In this document: in pieces, positions 58,886 through 64,000 of the stretch
Layout of the letters: each line of letters begins with the position of its first letter
Position numbering within the stretch: the stretch's first letter is position 1
NCBI GenBank assembly: GCA_021158435.1
Contig: JAGGUQ010000005.1
Span: forward strand, 527 to 64,526
Direction: 5' to 3'
DNA from: a bacterium
GTDB lineage: Bacteria > Patescibacteriota > Patescibacteriia > UBA2591 > MWDC01
Length of the DNA stretch: 64,000 nucleotides
The notes under the pieces: generated by a model
What the model was told of the DNA's origin: nothing
Databases searched by the model: none
Seen by the model: only the letters and a program-made list of their open reading frames with translations
Position numbers and translations under genes: made by a program

Positions 58886-60055
58886 TCATTGCTGAACCTC
58901 CTGTGGATATTTTTCCATTAATACCTCAAATTTACCATTTCTTACAATCTTAAGTCCCCAGGACTTGGTTACATCCCCATGTTCATCAAACGTTATATCG
59001 CCAGTAACAGCAGGAAAATTTTTAATTCTGTACAACATTTTCTTTATATTATCCGAACTTGGAAAAGATGCTCGTTTTATTGCATAATAAATAACATTAA
59101 AAGCATCGTACGATAATGCAGTTACAATGCCTGGTTCCTCGGTAGTGTTAAAAAACTTTTGGTACCTATCCCTGAAACTTTTAACCCTGGAGTCAGAACT
59201 TTTGATATTAAACATGATAGAACCATATATTACTCCTTCTGCTGCCTCTCCTGCAATTTTTAGAACCTCTGGATTTTCAAAATCAGCTGTACTTAAAAAT
59301 TGCGGTTTAAAACCCATTTCGTGAGATTGTCTTACTATAAACCCCAACTCCTTAGAATGCCCTACAATTAATACTACTTCGGGATTTTTAATGCTTACTT
59401 TTAAAATTATTGTCCTAAAATCAGTGTTTCCTGGTTCATATCTTTCAGTTATAATGGAATTATTTTTTAAACCTAATTCTTTCAGTCTTTGAATATATTC
59501 ATCTTTTACTGCCAATCCAAATTCATCGCCTCTGTAAATTACTCCTACTCTTTTAGCAGTGAGTTCTCTGACTGTATAATCAGCAAGCATGATGCTTCTT
59601 TTTTCGTCGCTAGGATATATCCTAAAAATATAATCACCGGCTTTGGCTATATCCTTATGTGGAGCGGTAGGGGTAAGTAAAACTACTTTGGCTTTCTCTA
59701 CAATTGGAGCTACAGAAAGGACTTCATTACTGGATAAAGGCCCGATAATAGCTTGGACTTTATCTACTGATATCAATTTTTGAACAGCAGAAACTGCTTT
59801 TTTGGAGTCTGCCTCAGAATCTTCATAAATTATACGGAGCAGCTTTCTCTCATCTAAATTAAGTTCATCCAACGCTAATTCAATACCTTTCCTTAGCTGT
59901 TCTCCCCACGTGCTGGCAGGCCCAGAAAGAGGCGCTATAATCCCAATCTTAACTACCTCTTCTTCAGCAGGCTTTCTACTCACCCCCCACCAAATTCCAG
60001 CAATAACAACAATGATTACAATCAGCCAAACGATTGTTTTTGTTGTTTTGGACAT
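58886..60055 (-). CDS. LIV-type substrate-binding protein with N-terminal membrane anchor/signal
   Basis: 389 aa; N-terminal TM helix WLIVIIVVIAGIWWG then periplasmic binding protein type I fold (GIIAPLSGPAS..). Confidence 0.8.
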   Translation of the reverse strand: MSKTTKTIVWLIVIIVVIAGIWWGVSRKPAEEEVVKIGIIAPLSGPASTWGEQLRKGIELALDELNLDERKLLRIIYEDSEADSKKAVSAVQKLISVDKVQAIIGPLSSNEVLSVAPIVEKAKVVLLTPTAPHKDIAKAGDYIFRIYPSDEKRSIMLADYTVRELTAKRVGVIYRGDEFGLAVKDEYIQRLKELGLKNNSIITERYEPGNTDFRTIILKVSIKNPEVVLIVGHSKELGFIVRQSHEMGFKPQFLSTADFENPEVLKIAGEAAEGVIYGSIMFNIKSSDSRVKSFRDRYQKFFNTTEEPGIVTALSYDAFNVIYYAIKRASFPSSDNIKKMLYRIKNFPAVTGDITFDEHGDVTKSWGLKIVRNGKFEVLMEKYPQEVQQ

Positions 60056-60122
60056 AGTCTTATTTTCGCTTTAATAAGTTAATGTTCGACATTTTATATT
60101 ATTCCACTAATGTAAGAAAAGT

Positions 60123-60905
60123 TCAAGAAGAACCTGCAGAGAACTGCTCTCCCAAATATGCCTCTAAAACTTTAGGGTTGTTTTTTATTTGTGTTGGTGT
60201 ACCTTTGGCTAGGATTTTGCCCTGGTGCATTACAATTACTTCGTCGGAAACACTAAAAGCAAAATTTATATCATGTTCAATGAGGAGAATAGTCTCTCCC
60301 TGATATTTCAATTTAAGCAAAAGCCCTTTTATACTTTTTCTCAACTTGGGATTAACCCCTGCTACTGGCTCATCCAACATTAAAAATATATGAGGTTTTA
60401 ATACAGCTCTTATTAATTCTACTAATCTTTTCTGGCCATAGCTTAAATCTCTGCTGATTTTATTTTTAAATTTCTCCATTCCCACTAACCCTAACATTTG
60501 TTCAATTCTTTTTTCTTTATCTTTACCTACCTTATTCCCTCCTAAAAGATTTTTCCAGAATTTCACATCTTTATTATCCATTGCTAAAAGTAAATTTTCT
60601 TTAACTGTTAAATTATTAAATAAACGGGTTTGTTGGAATAAACGTGAGATTCCTAAATTAGAAATATCTTCTGGTTTTAAACCAGTGATATTCTTACCAT
60701 TAAAAACTACCTTCCCAGAATCTGGATTTATTAAGCCTAAGACAAGATTAAAAACAGTACTTTTTCCTGCTCCATTTGGTCCAATTAAAGCAGTAATTTT
60801 GCCTTTTTCAACTTCAAAATCACAACTATCAACTGCTTTCACACCACCAAAATATTTTTTTAGATTTTTTATTTGAAGAATGTTACTCCAGTTCGATTCT
60901 ACCAT
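60123..60905 (-). CDS. livG: LIV-type ABC transporter ATP-binding protein LivG-like
   Basis: 260 aa; KYFGGVKAV, LIGPNGAGKSTVFN, LSYGQKRLVELIRA, LMLDEP. Confidence 0.85.
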   Translation of the reverse strand: MVESNWSNILQIKNLKKYFGGVKAVDSCDFEVEKGKITALIGPNGAGKSTVFNLVLGLINPDSGKVVFNGKNITGLKPEDISNLGISRLFQQTRLFNNLTVKENLLLAMDNKDVKFWKNLLGGNKVGKDKEKRIEQMLGLVGMEKFKNKISRDLSYGQKRLVELIRAVLKPHIFLMLDEPVAGVNPKLRKSIKGLLLKLKYQGETILLIEHDINFAFSVSDEVIVMHQGKILAKGTPTQIKNNPKVLEAYLGEQFSAGSS

Positions 60906-61755
60906 ATAACCCGCGTGGTTTTTTAATTAATATTAAAAGCAAAAGTAAGGCATAAATCATCTGCCTGGCTGGTCCAATAATTGATGAAGGAAAACCAACG
61001 AATCTCAATGGTTCTGGTAGTAACACTAAGATTATGGTGGCAATAATTGTGCCTTTTAATGAAGCTAAGCCACCAATAATCACAATTGCTAATACTGGAA
61101 TTAACTGTGATAAAGTAAATGAAGAGGGGTCAATAAAAGTAATATAATATGCATATAAAGAACCAGCAATTCCTGCAAAAAAAGCAGAAATCCCTAAAGC
61201 ATAACTCTTCATTTTAAAAGTATTTTTACCTAAAACCCTAGTTGCCAGTTCATCATCTCGTATTGCTTCTAATACTCTTCCAAAAGGGGATTTGGTAATT
61301 CTTGTAATGATTAAATAAGAAATTAAAGCAATAACAAAAACTAAAACTAAGAAACTAAAATTATCAGAAAAAGTAAAACCAAATAAACTTGGTTTAGGAA
61401 TTCCCGGCAACCCTAAAGGCCCTCTAGTCAAACCTGTCCAATTCAAAGTAATAGCATAAATAACAAAAGTAAAAGCCAAAGTAGCTAAAGCTAAATAGTC
61501 TCCTTTAAGTTTGTTAGTGGAAATGGCTAATAAAAAGCCAAAAAACATTGCACCTATACCAGCTAATAAAAAACAAAACCAAAAAGGTAGGCCAGCTAAG
61601 GCAAGTAAAGCTGAAATATAGGCACCAATTGCATAAAAAGCAATATGACCAAGATTAAGCAAACCAGTAAAACCAACTGACAATTGCAAGGAAATCGCCA
61701 GAATCAAATAAATCCCAATTAAAATTAATAAGTGAATTAAGTAAGCTGATATCAT
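60883..61755 (-). CDS. livM: LIV-type ABC transporter permease LivM-like
   Basis: 290 aa, ~8 TM; overlaps livG start by 23 nt. Confidence 0.8.
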   Translation of the reverse strand: MISAYLIHLLILIGIYLILAISLQLSVGFTGLLNLGHIAFYAIGAYISALLALAGLPFWFCFLLAGIGAMFFGFLLAISTNKLKGDYLALATLAFTFVIYAITLNWTGLTRGPLGLPGIPKPSLFGFTFSDNFSFLVLVFVIALISYLIITRITKSPFGRVLEAIRDDELATRVLGKNTFKMKSYALGISAFFAGIAGSLYAYYITFIDPSSFTLSQLIPVLAIVIIGGLASLKGTIIATIILVLLPEPLRFVGFPSSIIGPARQMIYALLLLLILIKKPRGLYGRIELE

Positions 61756-61758
61756 GCC

Positions 61759-62898
61759 TTATTTAATCATTAAAACTTTTTTCTTTCCATTTTCTATTAT
61801 TTTTTTTATGGCCATTGGTTTTAACACATCTCCTTTTCCATCAAAAGTAATAGTTCCTGATACACCCTGATAATTTTTTATCGTATATAATTCATCCTTT
61901 ATACAGGATGATAGATCAGTTTCTGCCTTACATTCCTTAATAGCTTTTATAATCAAATTAAAAGCATCAAAACCTTCTGCTGCATATAATGCAGGGGCAC
62001 GATTAAATTTTTCTTCAAACATATTTTCAAACTTCTCAACTTCTCTGCCCGAAGGATCTGCTTGAAGAATATAAATAACTCCATTTGCTGATTCTCCTGC
62101 TGCTTCAAGAACAAATGGATCTTCCAATGCCTCTGTTTGAAAATATAAAGGCAAGGACAATCCAAGTTCTTGGGCTTGTTTCAAAATAATAACCGAATCT
62201 GCTGGATATGATACTATTACAATAGCCTGAATATTCTGATTCTTAATTTTCATCAATTGAGTTTTAACGTCTTTTGTCCCTTGTGCGTACGATTCAATTG
62301 CAACTATTTTACCACCCAATTCTTCAAATCTCTTCTTAAAAGAATCTTTATTACCAGCACCTCCTTCGTTATTAATATACAAAATGGCTACTTTGTTTAA
62401 ACCAACGTCATTTTTTATGTAGTCTGCAAAAACCTCTCCTCTTAAAGCATCAGATGGTACAACCCTAAAAACATAATCACCCGCATCTGAAATCTTTGGA
62501 CTAGTAGAAGCGGGACTAATCAGAGGGACTTCACTTTTTTCTACAATTGGGGCTATGGCTAATGTCACAGAACTACAAACTGCTCCAATAATCGCATCCA
62601 CCTCATCTATATTAATTAATTTTTGAACAGCACTAACCCCTTTAGCTGGATCACACTGAGTATCTTCATAAATTACCTCTACTTTTTTATTATCAACTCT
62701 ATTCTTTATTAGCTCTAAAGCCAGTTCAATACCCTCTTTTGGCGGTACGCCCCATTGACTGGCCTCGCCAGTAAGAGGAGCTAAAACTCCTATTTTAACC
62801 AATCCCTCGGTGGTTTTTCCCGTACCAAATACAAAAACCAAAGCAACAATAATTGCAATAATTATTATCCCAATAATAATTTGTAGTGTCTTGCTCAT
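61759..62898 (-). CDS. LIV-type substrate-binding protein with N-terminal anchor (paralog 1)
   Basis: 379 aa; N-terminal TM IIIGIIIIAIIVALVFVF then KIGVLAPLTGEAS.. binding-protein fold. Confidence 0.8.
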   Translation of the reverse strand: MSKTLQIIIGIIIIAIIVALVFVFGTGKTTEGLVKIGVLAPLTGEASQWGVPPKEGIELALELIKNRVDNKKVEVIYEDTQCDPAKGVSAVQKLINIDEVDAIIGAVCSSVTLAIAPIVEKSEVPLISPASTSPKISDAGDYVFRVVPSDALRGEVFADYIKNDVGLNKVAILYINNEGGAGNKDSFKKRFEELGGKIVAIESYAQGTKDVKTQLMKIKNQNIQAIVIVSYPADSVIILKQAQELGLSLPLYFQTEALEDPFVLEAAGESANGVIYILQADPSGREVEKFENMFEEKFNRAPALYAAEGFDAFNLIIKAIKECKAETDLSSCIKDELYTIKNYQGVSGTITFDGKGDVLKPMAIKKIIENGKKKVLMIK

Positions 62899-62943
62899 AA
62901 AATTAGATTTAAGTTGTTAGTTATAAGATTTAAGTAAAACGAC

Positions 62944-63062
62944 CTTCCGGAACATCCCGAAGAACATCCCGGAGGCAGTCTCCGGAGGTAGGCAGTCTCC
63001 GGAGGTAGTCTCCGGAGGCAGACTCCGGGAAGTCCATGGACTTCGGGATGGAGTATCCGGGA
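62944..63062. repeat. REP-like GC-rich palindromic array, locus F (largest; includes 22-nt palindrome ccgggaagtccatggacttcggg)
   Basis: ccggaggcagtctccggaggtaggcagtctccggaggtagtctccggaggcagactccgggaagtccatggacttcggg. Confidence 0.85.
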
Positions 63063-63155
63063 GTAAAACCAACTGACAATTGTAAGGAAATCGCCAGAAT
63101 CAAATAAATCCCAATTAAAATTAATAAGTGAATTAAGTAAGCTGATATCATGCCT
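63062..63155 (-). pseudogene. duplicated 5' fragment of livM (first 29 codons plus 5 nt upstream), 93/94 nt identical to 61666..61759
   Basis: direct comparison of the two stretches in the sequence; fragment ORF then runs into the REP array. Confidence 0.8.
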
Positions 63156-63156
63156 G

Positions 63157-64000
63157 TTATTTACTATTTCTCCCAATCCCCAAAATCCCCTGATGCCTAA
63201 ATAAAAGGAAAATGAAGAGGATTGCAAAAGCAATAGCGTCTTTGTAGCCAGACGGTAAAAACCAAATGCCAAAGTTTTCAGCGAACCCCAATAAAAATGA
63301 ACCAAGAACAGCACCAGGAACAGAACCAATCCCTCCAATAATCGCTCCAGTAAAACCTTTAATCATTAAATTGGTTCCCATCATTGGTTCGAGATTCTGT
63401 TCTAAACCAACTAAAATAGCAGCTATACCAGCAATAGCCGAACCAACAATAAAAGCCCAAGAATATATGTTTTCTGCTGAAATACCAACAACTTCAGCAA
63501 CTTCTTTATTGTCAGCCACTGCCCTCATTGCTTTACCAATTTTGGTTCTTTTCATAAAGAAATAAAGCAAAACAAGTAAAACAAGAGAGACAGCAATAAT
63601 TACAATTTGCAAAGGAGTAATAATTGCTCCTAAAAAATCAAATCCTCTTGCTATTTTTACATAACCAATCGTTTTAACATCTGCCCCAAATAGCATCAAA
63701 ATTAAGGATTCAAAAAATATCAAAAGGGCAAAACTGGTCATCAGTAAAATAACTTTACTAGCTTTTCTTTGACGAAGTTTTTTGTAAACAACCTTATCCA
63801 TCAACCAACCTAAAAGAGAGGCAAAGATAATAGTAAAAATCACTGACAATCCAAAACTTAAACCTAAATCAGAAAAAAGAAAGTATAAAAAATAGGCGCT
63901 AAAAGCAATTGTTGCGCCATGAGCAAAATGAACAAACTTACAAGTCGAGTAAATCAAAGAAAAGCCACTTGCTACTAAAGCATAAATGGCTCCAGCAATT
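63157..64000 (-). CDS. livH: LIV-type ABC transporter permease LivH-like, 5' end beyond window
   Basis: multi-TM; N-terminal region contains ..IYSTCKFVHFAHGATIAFSAY (NFAHGE-type motif); reading frame stays open to window edge. Confidence 0.8.
   Translation of the reverse strand, partial: IAGAIYALVASGFSLIYSTCKFVHFAHGATIAFSAYFLYFLFSDLGLSFGLSVIFTIIFASLLGWLMDKVVYKKLRQRKASKVILLMTSFALLIFFESLILMLFGADVKTIGYVKIARGFDFLGAIITPLQIVIIAVSLVLLVLLYFFMKRTKIGKAMRAVADNKEVAEVVGISAENIYSWAFIVGSAIAGIAAILVGLEQNLEPMMGTNLMIKGFTGAIIGGIGSVPGAVLGSFLLGFAENFGIWFLPSGYKDAIAFAILFIFLLFRHQGILGIGRNSK

Noticed and set aside
5385-63062. Possibility that the CCGGAGG repeat arrays are CRISPR arrays
   Set aside because: Units are only 8-17 nt with 3-5 nt between them. 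The arrays are dispersed at six sites rather than one long array. There are no unique spacer-length segments and no cas genes in the window.
62895-63338. 147-aa ORF (62895..63338) and 73-aa ORF (62930..63151) on the minus strand
   Set aside because: The first spans REP array F and overlaps livH out of frame. The second is the duplicated livM 5' fragment running into the REP array. Neither is an independent gene; the latter is recorded as a pseudogene fragment.

Overview
This window is a low-GC, gene-dense segment with nearly all genes on the minus strand. Several features point to a reduced-genome bacterium, probably of the Candidate Phyla Radiation type: L30 and S14 are missing from the spc cluster, rpoB, L3 and AlaRS are short, and the str, S10 and spc operons are fused. 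Conserved rpoB and rpoC are uninterrupted, so the standard genetic code is in use.

Order of content from 5' to 3':
- A small cell-surface glycan cluster: a GT4 priming transferase, a DegT aminotransferase, a PglF/CapD-like dehydratase and a Wzz-like protein.
- An AbiEi/AbiEii (type IV toxin-antitoxin / abortive-infection) pair.
- recA, a RodZ-like protein and ftsK.
- rpoC and rpoB.
- A Mur ligase, clpP and fmt.
- rbfA, an AI-2E transporter, an M16 peptidase, tsaD, tsaE and eno.
- An operon of rtcB, archease, scpB, scpA and alaS.
- A flippase-like membrane protein, a soluble TraD/TrwB-like ATPase and an MraY-like GT4.
- ruvX, map, adk and secY, then the spc and S10 ribosomal-protein clusters. 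An IS605-family solo tnpB (IS1341-like) sits between rplW and rplB.
- tuf, fusA, rpsG and rpsL.
- An M50 protease, rpmB and tRNA-Pro(GGG).
- A rearranged LIV-type ABC transporter locus with three substrate-binding-protein paralogs, gene-fragment duplications and a second AbiE pair inserted at the 5' end of livF.

The most unusual signal is a dispersed family of GC-rich palindromic arrays built from CTCCGGAGG/CCGGAG-N5-CTCCGG units (REP-like). It occurs at six intergenic sites, three of them at duplication or truncation junctions in the liv locus.

Other notable points:
- tnpB lies inside the S10 operon.
- The two AbiE systems have opposite gene order and perfect palindromic operator candidates.
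- EF-Tu carries a Cys4 insertion, L24 a Cys4 ribbon and L22 a long KEKE-type tail.
- rpmB appears to be leaderless.
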